A DNA stretch of 64,000 bases from Alphaproteobacteria bacterium (GCA_965232515.1 CBDDPY010000002.1:6240001-6304000); one strand, 5' to 3'. Shown: positions 29,575-40,218, counted from the stretch's first letter. The notes: generated by a model not told the origin, from the sequence alone. Translations and numbers: made by a program.

Positions 29575-30516
29575 ATGAAAATCGCCGTCATGGGGACTGG
29601 CGGTGTCGGCGGCTATTTCGGCGGCCGGCTGGCCGCCGCCGGCGCCGAGGTCAGCTTCATCGCCCGTGGCGCGCACCTGGCGGCGATCCGCGAATCCGGC
29701 CTCAGGATCGAGAGCCCGCTCGGCGACGCGCATCTGACGGACATCACCGCGACCGACGATCCGGCCGAGATCGGGCCGGTCGACCTGGTGGTGTTCGCCA
29801 CCAAGCTCTATGACGTCGAGAGCGCCGGCAATCTGTGCAAGCCGCTGATCGGCGACGGCACGCTGGTGGTCTCGTTCCTGAACGGGGTCGACTCCGAAGA
29901 GGCGCTGGCGTCGATCCTGGGCGAGCAGCATGTCGCCGGTGGCGTTGCCTACATCTCGGCCGAGATCGGCGAGCCCGGCTTGATCCGGCACCATTCGCAG
30001 TTCGCCCGCCTGGTATTCGGGACCATGGACGGCAGCGCCAGCCCGCTCCTGGAGCAGTTCCTGCAGCTTTGCCAGAAGGCCGGGATCGACGCCGCGCTGG
30101 AAGCGGATATCGCGGTGCCGATCTGGCGCAAGTTCGCCCTGTTGGCGAGCCTCGCGGCGATCACCTGTCTGACCCGGCTGCCGATCGGGCCGATCCGCGA
30201 CGATCCCGATTCCTGGCGCATGGCCCAGGACGCGATCCGCGAAGTGGTCGCCGTGGCGGAGGCCGTGGGCGTCGATATCGGCGCTGACGCGGTCGATGCC
30301 ACGATCAAGACCATGAGCGGACTGCCCGACGGCATGAAGGCCTCGATGCTGTTCGATCTGGAGCGCGGCAACCGGCTGGAGGTCGACTGGCTCTCCGGCA
30401 CCGTGTTCCGGCTTGCCCGGGCGCACGATCTCGACGTGCCCGTGCACCGGGTCGCCTATGCCGCGCTCAGGCCCTACGTGGACGGCGATAAGGTAAATTC
30501 TCCGACCAAAAGCTAG
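29575..30516 (+). CDS. panE: 2-dehydropantoate 2-reductase
   Basis: GTGGVGG, NG motif, W.K, SM..D, E.D. Confidence 0.85.
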   Translation: MKIAVMGTGGVGGYFGGRLAAAGAEVSFIARGAHLAAIRESGLRIESPLGDAHLTDITATDDPAEIGPVDLVVFATKLYDVESAGNLCKPLIGDGTLVVSFLNGVDSEEALASILGEQHVAGGVAYISAEIGEPGLIRHHSQFARLVFGTMDGSASPLLEQFLQLCQKAGIDAALEADIAVPIWRKFALLASLAAITCLTRLPIGPIRDDPDSWRMAQDAIREVVAVAEAVGVDIGADAVDATIKTMSGLPDGMKASMLFDLERGNRLEVDWLSGTVFRLARAHDLDVPVHRVAYAALRPYVDGDKVNSPTKS

Positions 30517-30647
30517 CGGAATCGGGATTTCCGGCCGTTCACCCCGATTCTTCTTGCGCCCCCTTCGGGAAGTTTGAAAACATGACAGTCCCGTGTCGCC
30601 ACGGGACAGGGAAGGACACGTCAACGATACGAAGGAAGGGCGCACCC

Positions 30648-32675
30648 ATGAGCGTTTCGAAGCCCTCCGGTCCCCGCAGCGTGGCCCTGATCGGGCCCTA
30701 CATGAGCGGCAAAACGACGTTGCTCGAAAGCATCTTGTGGGTGACTGGCGCGACCAGCCGGAAAGGGTCGGTGACCGACGGCAATACCGTCGGCGACAGC
30801 GCACAGGAAGCGCGCGACCGCCAGATGAGCACCGAAGTGAATGTCGCGACGACGACGTTCCTGGACGACCGTTTCACGTTTCTCGATTGCCCCGGCTCGG
30901 TCGAGTTGCTGCAGGAGACGCTCAACGTGCTGCCTGGGGTCGATGCCGCGGTCCTCGTCTGCGAGCCCGACCGGGACAAGTTCCTGGGCCTGATGCCGTT
31001 GATGAAGGCGTTGGAGGATGCCGGCATTCCGCGCATGGTCTTCGTCAACAAGATCGACAAGGCGACCGGACACGTCGCCGCCCTGCTGGATTCCCTGCAA
31101 CCGGTCTCGTCGCATCCGCTGGTGCTGCGGCAGTTGCCGATCCGCGAAGGCGAGAGCATCACCGGTTACATCGATCTCGCCTCCGAACGGACGTTTGTCT
31201 ACAAGCCGAACCAGCCGTCGGAGATCGTCGAGACGCCCGATTCCATGAATGACAGCGTCGGTGAAGCCCGCTACCAGATGCTGGAGACGCTGGCCGACTT
31301 CAACGACGAGCTGATGGAGAAGGTGCTGGAGGACGTCGAGCCCGAGAAGGACGAGGTCTATCAGAACCTGACCAGCGACTATCAGAACGGCCTGATCGTG
31401 CCGGTGATCTTCGGCGCCGCCGAGATGGACCACGGTGTCCGTCGCCTGCTGAAGGCCCTGCGCCACGAGGTGCCTTCGGCGGCGAAGGCGGCCGAGCGCG
31501 TCGGCGTCAGCGGCGATGAGCCGAAGGCCCAAGTGTTAAAGACCTATCACACGCAGCACGGCGGCAAGCTGTCGATCGCCCGGATCTGGTCCGGCGGCAT
31601 CAAGGACGGCATGACACTGAACGACGAGCGGGTTTCCGGCCTGTTCCTGATGTCCGGCCACAACACCGAAAAGATTTCCGATGCGGGACCCGGCGACGTG
31701 GTCGGTCTCGGCCGGCTCGAAAGCATCGTAACCGGCGACACGTTGGGCGCGGCGAAGGAGGTCGAAGGGCTGCCGAAAGCCGAGATCCTGCAGCCGGTTT
31801 TCGCCCAGGCAATCTCGACCGATAAGCGCGAGGACGAGGTCAAGCTGTCCGGCGCGTTGCAGAAGGTCGGCGAGGAAGACCCGTCGATCATTTACGGGCA
31901 CGAAGAAGACACCCACGAGTTCGTGCTGCGTGGTCAGGGCGACATTCACCTGAAAATCGCCTGCGACCGTCTGCTGAACAAATACGGCCTGTCGGTGTCG
32001 ACGCGGCAGCCGAAGGTTCCCTACAAGGAGGCGATCCGCAAACCGATCAAGCAGCACGGCCGGTTCAAGCGGCAGTCCGGCGGCCATGGCCAGTTCGGCG
32101 ACGTGCACCTCGAGATCAAGCCGCTGCCGCGCGGCACCGGCTTCCAGTTCGACGAGAAGATCGTCGGCGGCTCGGTGCCGAAGCAATTCATTCCGGGCGT
32201 CGAGGCCGGCGTGAAGGAATATCTGAGCCAGGGTCCGTTGGGGTTCCCGGTGGTCGACGTCTCGGTGACGTTGTTCGACGGCCAGTACCACAGCGTGGAC
32301 AGCTCGGAGATCGCCTTCCGCACGGCGGCGCGGATCGCCATGCAGGAAGGCATGCCGCAGTGCGGCCCCGTGCTGCTGGAACCGATCATGGCGGTGGAGA
32401 TCGCCGTGCCGTCGGACTATACGCCGAAGGCCAATACCATCGTCAGCTCGCGGCGGGGCCAGATATTGGGCTTCGATGCCCGGCCCGGCTGGTCCGGCTG
32501 GGACGTCGTGTCGGCGCACATGCCGCAATCGGAGTTGCATGACCTGATCGTCGAATTGCGGTCGGTGACGCAGGGCGTCGGCGGCTATACCGCGACGTTC
32601 GATCATCTGCAGGAGCTGACGGGCCGTCTGGCCGATCAAGTGATCTCGGAACATCAGGCCGACGCGGCCGCCTAA
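30648..32675 (+). CDS. elongation factor G paralog (EF-G-like)
   Basis: GPYMSGKTT, DCPG, NKID, EEDP, GDIHL, QSGGHGQFG, YHSVDSS, LLEPI; RBS gaaggaagg. Confidence 0.92.
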   Translation: MSVSKPSGPRSVALIGPYMSGKTTLLESILWVTGATSRKGSVTDGNTVGDSAQEARDRQMSTEVNVATTTFLDDRFTFLDCPGSVELLQETLNVLPGVDAAVLVCEPDRDKFLGLMPLMKALEDAGIPRMVFVNKIDKATGHVAALLDSLQPVSSHPLVLRQLPIREGESITGYIDLASERTFVYKPNQPSEIVETPDSMNDSVGEARYQMLETLADFNDELMEKVLEDVEPEKDEVYQNLTSDYQNGLIVPVIFGAAEMDHGVRRLLKALRHEVPSAAKAAERVGVSGDEPKAQVLKTYHTQHGGKLSIARIWSGGIKDGMTLNDERVSGLFLMSGHNTEKISDAGPGDVVGLGRLESIVTGDTLGAAKEVEGLPKAEILQPVFAQAISTDKREDEVKLSGALQKVGEEDPSIIYGHEEDTHEFVLRGQGDIHLKIACDRLLNKYGLSVSTRQPKVPYKEAIRKPIKQHGRFKRQSGGHGQFGDVHLEIKPLPRGTGFQFDEKIVGGSVPKQFIPGVEAGVKEYLSQGPLGFPVVDVSVTLFDGQYHSVDSSEIAFRTAARIAMQEGMPQCGPVLLEPIMAVEIAVPSDYTPKANTIVSSRRGQILGFDARPGWSGWDVVSAHMPQSELHDLIVELRSVTQGVGGYTATFDHLQELTGRLADQVISEHQADAAA

Positions 32676-32693
32676 CACTGGGGGAGTATTTGC

Positions 32694-33494
32694 ATGCTGG
32701 ATACGGCGGCGGCCGCCCGCGCGGCCGCGATGCTGAATGACGTGCGGACGGGCGGCACGCTGATTGACGCGTTGCCCACGGAGTTGCGGCCGGCGGACGC
32801 GGATGACGCCTACCGGATTCAGGAAGCCGGCGTCGCCGGCGTGCTCGACGCGGCCGGTGGCGGTGTGTCGGTGGGGCGCAAGGTCGGCGCCACCAATCCG
32901 ACGGCGCAGGAGATGCTGGGCGTGTCGGAGCCGTTCCAGGCCCAGCTGCTGTCGCCGTTCGTGCTCGACAGCCCGGCGGAGATTCCGGGCGACGACATGT
33001 TCATGCGGGTGATGGAAGTCGAGTTCGCCTTCCGCATGGGTGGAGACACGACGACGGACAGCGCGCCCTACGATGCGGACAGCATTCGTCCATTGATTGC
33101 TGCCGTGGTGCCGGCCATCGAGATTGTCGATTCCCGGTTCACAGACTGGACGAGCGTCGGCGGCCTGAGCGTCATCGCCGATCAGGGCGGCGGCGGCCGT
33201 TGGGTCAAGGGCGCCGAGATCACCGACTTCGCGGCATTGGATTTCGCCGGCTATCCCGTCAGCATCAGCATCAATGGCGAGTTGCGGGAGAGCGGCTCAG
33301 GGGCGGCCGTGCTGGGCAGCCCGCTGAACTCGCTTGCCTGGCTGGCCAATCACCTGGCCGCGCGGGGCGAGACCCTGAAGGCCGGTGAATATGTCACCAC
33401 CGGGTCCTGCACCAAGCCGTTTCCGGCCGCGAAGGGCGAGACGGCGGTGGCCGATTTCGGCGATCTTGGTCAGGTCAGCGTCCGGTTCACATGA
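32694..33494 (+). CDS. 2-keto-4-pentenoate hydratase / FAH family
   Basis: AYRIQ, GRKVG.T, EVEFAF, EIVDSR, LAWLAN, TTGS. Confidence 0.85.
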   Translation: MLDTAAAARAAAMLNDVRTGGTLIDALPTELRPADADDAYRIQEAGVAGVLDAAGGGVSVGRKVGATNPTAQEMLGVSEPFQAQLLSPFVLDSPAEIPGDDMFMRVMEVEFAFRMGGDTTTDSAPYDADSIRPLIAAVVPAIEIVDSRFTDWTSVGGLSVIADQGGGGRWVKGAEITDFAALDFAGYPVSISINGELRESGSGAAVLGSPLNSLAWLANHLAARGETLKAGEYVTTGSCTKPFPAAKGETAVADFGDLGQVSVRFT

Positions 33495-33519
33495 GGGATC
33501 GTCGGCCGGCCCAATTTAG

Positions 33520-33536
33520 TTTAGAATAATTCTAAA
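33520..33536. promoter_or_regulatory. Irr box (iron control element)
   Basis: Exact TTTAGAA-N3-TTCTAAA, about 100 bp upstream of dps. Confidence 0.75.
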
Positions 33537-33638
33537 AAATACTGGAAACTGCTATCGGAGCGCTTATATCTAATTCGTGATGGTTGCGGCACTGCCGTCG
33601 CCGAAAGTTAATCAGGCGAATGCGAGAGGGTTAGCAGG

Positions 33639-34106
33639 ATGGAAATCGATATCGGAATCGCCGAGGGTCAACGGAAGGACATCGCCGACGGTTTGTCGCG
33701 GCTGTTGGCGGACACCTACACGCTGTACCTGAAGACGCACAACTATCACTGGAACGTCACCGGTCCGATGTTCCAGACGCTGCACACCATGTTCGAGACG
33801 CAGTACAACGAGCTGGCGCTGGCTGTCGACGAGATCGCCGAGCGCATCCGCGCGCTGGGCATGCCGGCGCCGGGCAGCTACAAGGCCTATGCCGAGCTTT
33901 CCTCGATCGCCGAGGAGGACGGCGTGCCGGCCGCGACCGACATGATCGCCAACCTGGTGAAGGGTCATGAGGCCGTCGCCCGAACCGCGCGCTCGGTGTT
34001 CCCGGCGGCGGATGAGGCGAACGACGAGCCGACGGCCGATCTGCTGACCCAGCGCATGCAGGTCAGCGAGAAGGCGGCCTGGATGCTCCGCAGCCTGCTC
34101 GACTGA
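33639..34106 (+). CDS. dps: Dps ferritin-like protein
   Basis: [30 protein letters not shown]. Confidence 0.95.
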   Translation: MEIDIGIAEGQRKDIADGLSRLLADTYTLYLKTHNYHWNVTGPMFQTLHTMFETQYNELALAVDEIAERIRALGMPAPGSYKAYAELSSIAEEDGVPAATDMIANLVKGHEAVARTARSVFPAADEANDEPTADLLTQRMQVSEKAAWMLRSLLD

Positions 34107-34168
34107 GCGACCAACAAATAGACCTGGGATGGATGCGGCCCGGCGCGATGGAGCGCCGGGCCGTTCCG

Positions 34169-34678
<510 letters not shown>

Positions 34679-34732
34679 TCAGGGCGTACGAAACAGCGAG
34701 GCGGCCGCGCGCAGGCGGCCGAAATCGCTCCT

Positions 34733-34898
34733 CCGTTCTCTTCCATCCGGACTATCACCGTCGGCCTCGGAATCGCACCGAGTCTGCTGACCCTTCCAGA
34801 CGGGCAATTGAACTGGCCGCTGAAAGGCGCTCGCGGGCTTGAGCGCTGGGCGCTCACACCGCCGGTGGGGACTTCCACCCCGCCCCGAGAACGTGCCG
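34733..34898 (-). ncRNA. FMN riboswitch
   Basis: Minus strand ttctcggggcggggtggaagtccccaccggcggt...agcccgcgagcg...gtcagcagactcggtg...ccgacggt.atagtccggatggaagagaa, upstream of ribH. Confidence 0.95.
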
Positions 34899-35058
34899 CG
34901 CGGATCGGCGCGACCGGGGAACTGTAGCGGCGGTTGTCGGGATTGTCGACAGCCCAGTAAACAAACGGCCGTTCTTAAAGATACTCCCGCTGGGCACGAA
35001 GCGACGTCCCGCGGTTGCCAGCGCTATTCACGTCGAGCGACCGATCGGTCGGGTCGAT

Positions 35059-35526
35059 CTATTCGCAGCGATAACCGGTCGGCGTCGCGCCGCAGGAGAT
35101 CTCGATGTCCTTGGGCAGGTCTATGGCGTTCAGGCCGCTCTTGGTAAGCAGCAGCCGACCGTTGTCGCCGAACGCACCCGCGGCCGCCATGCGCCGCTCG
35201 CCGCCGCGCTTTTGAATCAATTCGTAAAGCCGCATTTTGATTGCTAAATCGGCAAGACGGGCATTCACGTCGCTCACCTCGCCTTCATTGCGCCGCTGCC
35301 AGACGGCCTCCAGATAGGCGAACGTGAGTTCGATCAGGTCGCCGTGGACGTCGACGCGACTCAGGTCATGCACTTCGGCAGCCTGACGGCGACAGCGAAA
35401 ATCGGCCGCCTTGTCGACTACATTGTCGGACCTGCAATCGGCAACGATGCGCTCCAGCAGTGGCTTCTCCGGGCCGGCGCAGGCGGCCAGGGAGCAGACC
35501 AGCGAGATGAGCAGCAGACAGCGCAT
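35059..35526 (-). CDS. hypothetical lipoprotein
   Basis: Lipobox SLAAC after a short hydrophobic leader. Confidence 0.65.
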   Translation of the reverse strand: MRCLLLISLVCSLAACAGPEKPLLERIVADCRSDNVVDKAADFRCRRQAAEVHDLSRVDVHGDLIELTFAYLEAVWQRRNEGEVSDVNARLADLAIKMRLYELIQKRGGERRMAAAGAFGDNGRLLLTKSGLNAIDLPKDIEISCGATPTGYRCE

Positions 35527-35676
35527 AACATTCTGATTTTACTGGAGAAACATTGGCATCGCTAGGGCGACGTTCAGATCCGGCCGCGACGATCGACGCC
35601 GGCCGGTCGCGGCTTGTTTGCGTGTGCGTTGCCGATGGCTTTGCGCCGGCGGCCGTTTTGATCGATCTTCAGCACC

Positions 35677-37005
35677 ATGACCAATGACGACAGCCGACGC
35701 ATGGCACGGCTGACCCGGGCGGAACAGGACGGGCTCCGGCTCGCCATTCTGTGCCGGACGCTGGCGCTCGCCGTCATGCTGGCCTGGTTCGTGTTCGCGA
35801 CGCTCGCGGTCGGCAATACGCCCCGGCCCTGGGGCATGATGGCGCTCGGCCTCTTCGTCGCCATTGGCGCGGCTTACTATTTCATCATCGGCACGCATCT
35901 CGACCGTCCCTGGGTCAAGTATCTGATCTACGCCGTCGATATGTTGGGTTTGTGCGCGCTGTTCGTGCTGATCCCCGTGAGCCGCGCCGGCGAAGTGCCG
36001 CAGATCATCGCCTTCCGGGCTTACGGCATCTACTACCTGTTGCCGCCGATCGCGCTCGCCTGCCTGTCGTTGTCCTGGGGGCTTGTCGCCTGGACCGGCA
36101 TCATCGCCTGCATCGGCTGGTGGGCCGCGTTCGCGATCGTGGTTGCGGGCATGGACCGCACCCTGTCCTGGGGTGACGTGCCGCAGAACGCGACGCGCGC
36201 CGACTACGAGACCGTGTTCCTGTCCATCGACTTCGTTGGCGTCGGCAATCGTGTTGAGGAAACGGGCTTCCTGCTGATCGCGGCGCTCGTGCTGTCGCTC
36301 GCGGTCTACCGCGCCCGGCGGGTCTTTCTGGCCCAGGTCGCCGCCGAAGCCGAGCGCGAGCGCGAGCGGGAAGGCCGGGAGCGGACGACCCGGATCCTGG
36401 GGCGCTACGTGCCCGAAACGATCGCGCAGCGGCTGGTGGCAAACGAGGCCGGGCTGGAGCCGCAGGTGCGGCAGGGCGCGGCGCTCGTACTCGATATCGA
36501 GGGCTTCTCCGGCTATGCGGCCGGGCGCGATCCCAAGACCGTGATCGAGACCCTGAACCGCTTTCTGGCCGATTGCGCCGACGCGGTCAGCCGCTGCGAC
36601 GGCGTCGTCATCACCTATCTCGGCGACGGTCTGCTGGCGACATTCAACACGCCAATCGATGTCGAACGTCCGGGCCACCGCGCGCTTGAGGCCGCCCGCG
36701 ATCTTCTGGCGTTATCGCGCGAACGGCGTTACGACGGAGAGCATTTTCGTATCCGTATCGGCATCGCCTCGGGCGCTATTGCTTCTGGCAGTGTCGGCTC
36801 GTCTGCGCGCCAGGCCTTCACGGTCTATGGCGACACGGTCAACCGCGCCGCGCGCCTGGAGCAACTCAACAAGACCACCGGCACGCAGCTGCTAGTCGAC
36901 CCCGAAACCGCGAATGCGCTGGGTACCGACGTGCCATTGCAAAGCCAGGGCCGGCACACGCTACGCGGCCAGGACGCGCCCGTGGAGGTCTGGTCCTCGT
37001 CTTGA
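35677..37005 (+). CDS. membrane-bound class III nucleotide cyclase
   Basis: About six TM helices, then LDIEGFS, YLGDG, RIGIASG, GDTVN.AARLE. Confidence 0.9.
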   Translation: MTNDDSRRMARLTRAEQDGLRLAILCRTLALAVMLAWFVFATLAVGNTPRPWGMMALGLFVAIGAAYYFIIGTHLDRPWVKYLIYAVDMLGLCALFVLIPVSRAGEVPQIIAFRAYGIYYLLPPIALACLSLSWGLVAWTGIIACIGWWAAFAIVVAGMDRTLSWGDVPQNATRADYETVFLSIDFVGVGNRVEETGFLLIAALVLSLAVYRARRVFLAQVAAEAEREREREGRERTTRILGRYVPETIAQRLVANEAGLEPQVRQGAALVLDIEGFSGYAAGRDPKTVIETLNRFLADCADAVSRCDGVVITYLGDGLLATFNTPIDVERPGHRALEAARDLLALSRERRYDGEHFRIRIGIASGAIASGSVGSSARQAFTVYGDTVNRAARLEQLNKTTGTQLLVDPETANALGTDVPLQSQGRHTLRGQDAPVEVWSSS

Positions 37006-37088
37006 GCGATGGTCGCGAAATTGCGCAAGATTCGTCAAATCGACCTGTGGTTAGGTGCCGATGAGTGGACGGGACGACGCGGACGGAA

Positions 37089-37955
37089 ATGGACATGAGC
37101 AACGCGCCCAACTTGGTTAACTATGAAGACCGCCTGAACCGGGTGACGGCTTACATCTACGATCACCTGGACGACGAGATCGATCTGAACAGGCTGGCCG
37201 ACGTTGCCTGCCTGTCGCCCTATCACTGGCACCGGGTCTATCGGGCCGTCACCGGCGAGACGATCGCCGCGACCGTGAAGCGCCTGCGTCTGCATCGGGC
37301 GGCTGGCTATCTCGCGCATACCAGCATGCCGGTCGCCGAGATTGCCGTGCGGTCGGGCTATACGAATCTGCAGTCCTTCACGCGCATTTTCAGCGCCGCC
37401 TACGGCATGCCGCCGGGCGAGTACCGGAAGAACGGCAGTCACATGCGCTTCCAGTCGCCGAATGAAACGCACAGGCCGGATCTGCATGAGGTCGAGATCA
37501 GGGAACTGCCGGATATGACGGCGGGCATGGTGGAGCACGTTGGTTCCTACATGAACATCGGCAAGGCCTTCGAGACAGCCTTTGGCTGGCTTGGGGCGCG
37601 GGGCCTGATCCGGCCCGGGCTGCGGTCGGTGGCGGTCTACTACGACGATCCCGACGCCGTTGCCGAGGAAGCGCTCTGTTCGGCGGCCGGCGTACTGATC
37701 GACGAGGATGTCGCGATCGAAGCGCCGTTGACCCGCAAGCGTGTCGCCGGCGGTCCCTATGCGGTCCTGCGCTACAAGGGGCCGTACGCGGACATGAAGG
37801 GCGCCTATCAGTGGCTCTACGGCGAGTGGCTGGTGAAATCGGGGCGTGAAGCCGCGAATGTGCCGGTGTTCGAGGAATATCTGAACAATCCGCGCGATAC
37901 GGCCCCGGCCGATCTGCTGACCGATATCTGTCTGCCGCTGGCGCGGCAAGCTTAG
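37089..37955 (+). CDS. AraC-family regulator with C-terminal GyrI-like domain
   Basis: LSPYHWHR, GY....F.R.F...YG.PP; GyrI-like HVGSY, YKGPY, FEEYLNNP. Confidence 0.9.
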   Translation: MDMSNAPNLVNYEDRLNRVTAYIYDHLDDEIDLNRLADVACLSPYHWHRVYRAVTGETIAATVKRLRLHRAAGYLAHTSMPVAEIAVRSGYTNLQSFTRIFSAAYGMPPGEYRKNGSHMRFQSPNETHRPDLHEVEIRELPDMTAGMVEHVGSYMNIGKAFETAFGWLGARGLIRPGLRSVAVYYDDPDAVAEEALCSAAGVLIDEDVAIEAPLTRKRVAGGPYAVLRYKGPYADMKGAYQWLYGEWLVKSGREAANVPVFEEYLNNPRDTAPADLLTDICLPLARQA

Positions 37956-37970
37956 ACGCGGGAGAGCGCT

Positions 37971-38393
37971 ATGGCCCGAAAGAAAACCTGGACCGAAAAG
38001 CTGAACAACAAAACACCGCACAAGGTGAAGCCAGTCCCGAAAGACATGGCCGGCATGAAGGCGGGCGAGATCATGCTGGTGCCGTCCGCGCGCATTGTCG
38101 ACGATTTCATCCGATCGATCCCGGACCGCATCGAGATGGATGTGAAGACCCTACGCAAGAAGCTCGCCGAGCAATATGGCGCCGAGGTCACCTGCCCGAT
38201 TACGGCCGGTATTCACGTGCGCATCGTGGCCGAGGCGGCCTGCGAAGCGCTCGCGGCCGGCGCTTCGCTCGCCGAGATAACGCCGTTCTGGCGGGTGCTG
38301 GACGTCGACACGCCGATCGCGAAGAAGCTGTCCTGCGGCGTCGGTTTCGTGGCCGACCGGCGCGCCAGCGAGGGGTTGCCGACGCGCCAGTAA
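37971..38393 (+). CDS. MGMT/ATL-like DNA-binding protein (putative)
   Basis: IP.....LR..LA, TCPITAG, TPFWRV resembling the PCHRV/PWHRV motif. Confidence 0.55.
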   Translation: MARKKTWTEKLNNKTPHKVKPVPKDMAGMKAGEIMLVPSARIVDDFIRSIPDRIEMDVKTLRKKLAEQYGAEVTCPITAGIHVRIVAEAACEALAAGASLAEITPFWRVLDVDTPIAKKLSCGVGFVADRRASEGLPTRQ

Positions 38394-38400
38394 TCTGCCG

Positions 38401-39951
38401 CTAAAGCTTTGCCTTCTCTACCCGCAATCCCTTGAAGACGCTGAAGCACATCAGCAGCAGCACGAGCGCGAACGGAAAGCCTGTGGCGATGGCGGCTGCC
38501 TGCAACGAGCCCAGTCCGCCGCCCAGCAACAGCGCGATGGCGACCAGGCCCTCGAAGATGCACCAGAAGATGCGCTGCGCCACCGGCGCGTCGATCTTGC
38601 CGCCGGCGGTGATGGTGTCGATCACCAGCGAGCCGGAGTCGGACGAGGTGACGAAGAAAACGATCACCAGCGTGATGCCGATAAACGACAGCACGCCCGA
38701 CATCGGCAGCGGTTCCAGCATCTTGAACAGCGAGAGTTCGGGCGCCCAGGTCTCGATGGTCTGCGTGACGCCGGTATAGCCGTCGTTGACGAATTGGCTG
38801 ATGGCCGAACCGCCGAAGGCGTTCATCCACAGGATCGAAACGACGGTCGGGATAATCAGCACGCAGAAGATAAACTCGCGCACGCTGCGCCCCTTCGACA
38901 CCCGCGCGATGAACATGCCGACGAACGGCGACCAGGAAATCCACCAGGCCCAGTAGAACGTGGTCCAGCCGTGCATGAAGTCGGTGTCCTCGCGGCCGAT
39001 CCAGTTGCTGAGCGGCACCAGGTTCACCGCGTAGGCGACGGCGCCCGTGAAGAAGCCCTGCACGATATCGAGCGTCGGTCCAACGGCGATCACGAAAACC
39101 AGCAGCAGGAAGGCCAACACCATGTTGATCTCGCTGAGCCGTTTCACGCCAGCGTCGAGGCCGGCGAGCACGGAGACCAGCGCCACGGCCGTAATGCCGA
39201 GGATCAGGAGAACCTTGGTGACATCGGTGACGGGAATGCCGAACAGATAGTCCAGGCCGGCGCTGGCCTGCTCGGCACCGAAGCCAAGCGACGTGGCAAG
39301 GCCGAACAGCGTCGCGAACACGGCCAGCGTGTCAATGACATGGCCGAACCAACCCCAGACCGCGTTACCGAACACCGGATAGAACGCGGACCGGATACTC
39401 AGCGGCAGGCCGTAGTTGTAGCAGACGAGCGCCAGCGCCAGGGCGACGACGGCATAGATCGCCCAGGGATGCAGGCCCCAGTGGAAGATCGTCGCCGCCA
39501 TGCCGAGCGAGCGGGCGGCGGCCGGATCGTCGCCGCTCATGCCGAGCGGCGGGTTCTGGAAGTGGAAGACCGGTTCCAGGACGCCGAAGAACATCAAGCC
39601 GATCCCCATGCCGGCGGCGAACAGCATGGCGAACCAGCCGGGATAGGAATAGTCAGGCTTGGCGTCGGGACCGCCGATCCGGACCTTGCCGAGCGGCGAG
39701 ACGATCAGGACCAGGCAGAACAGCACGAAGATGTTGCCGGCGATCATGAACACCCAGTCGAACGTCGACGTCAACCAGGGCCGCAGCGCGCCGAAGAACG
39801 CCGCCGATCCCTCCTGGAACATCAGAACGAAGATCACGAAGGCGACAATGATCACGCCCGAAATCAGAAAGACGGGGTTGTGGATGTCGAGGCCCAGTAT
39901 CCGGATATTGTCCTGACCGACCTCATAGTCGGTGGCGTCGATGCTGCTCAT
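38401..39951 (-). CDS. BCCT-family (betaine/carnitine/choline) transporter
   Basis: WFAMLFAAGMGIGL, HWGLH.W, WTTFYWAWWISWSPFVG.FIARVS.GR, TSSDS; start at 39951. Confidence 0.95.
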   Translation of the reverse strand: MSSIDATDYEVGQDNIRILGLDIHNPVFLISGVIIVAFVIFVLMFQEGSAAFFGALRPWLTSTFDWVFMIAGNIFVLFCLVLIVSPLGKVRIGGPDAKPDYSYPGWFAMLFAAGMGIGLMFFGVLEPVFHFQNPPLGMSGDDPAAARSLGMAATIFHWGLHPWAIYAVVALALALVCYNYGLPLSIRSAFYPVFGNAVWGWFGHVIDTLAVFATLFGLATSLGFGAEQASAGLDYLFGIPVTDVTKVLLILGITAVALVSVLAGLDAGVKRLSEINMVLAFLLLVFVIAVGPTLDIVQGFFTGAVAYAVNLVPLSNWIGREDTDFMHGWTTFYWAWWISWSPFVGMFIARVSKGRSVREFIFCVLIIPTVVSILWMNAFGGSAISQFVNDGYTGVTQTIETWAPELSLFKMLEPLPMSGVLSFIGITLVIVFFVTSSDSGSLVIDTITAGGKIDAPVAQRIFWCIFEGLVAIALLLGGGLGSLQAAAIATGFPFALVLLLMCFSVFKGLRVEKAKL

Positions 39952-40218
39952 GCTTCCGTCCCTCCGCAGGTGTGGGGGCGGCGAGCAAGATTCGCTCTTA
40001 TGCGAACGGCCGCCTCCAACTTCTTTGTTATTTTCGACCAGAGACGCCTGTGCGCTCCGACGCGGTCGTCGAATTGGTACTGCGTGACAGTGAACGATGT
40101 TATGTCGCGCGCGCTGACGCAAGTCGTTCAAAAAACGACGAAGATTGTCTATTCGCGAAGTCGAACCGAACCTGTGACCGTTGCGTGATCGCTGCACGCG
40201 AGACGACGGCCTCTTCGT

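Noticed and set aside
39952-40218. BetI-like operator upstream of the BCCT gene, or BCCT as part of the thiamine unit
   Set aside because: The palindrome is too weak; the 267-bp gap suggests a separate promoter and nothing links it to the riboswitch
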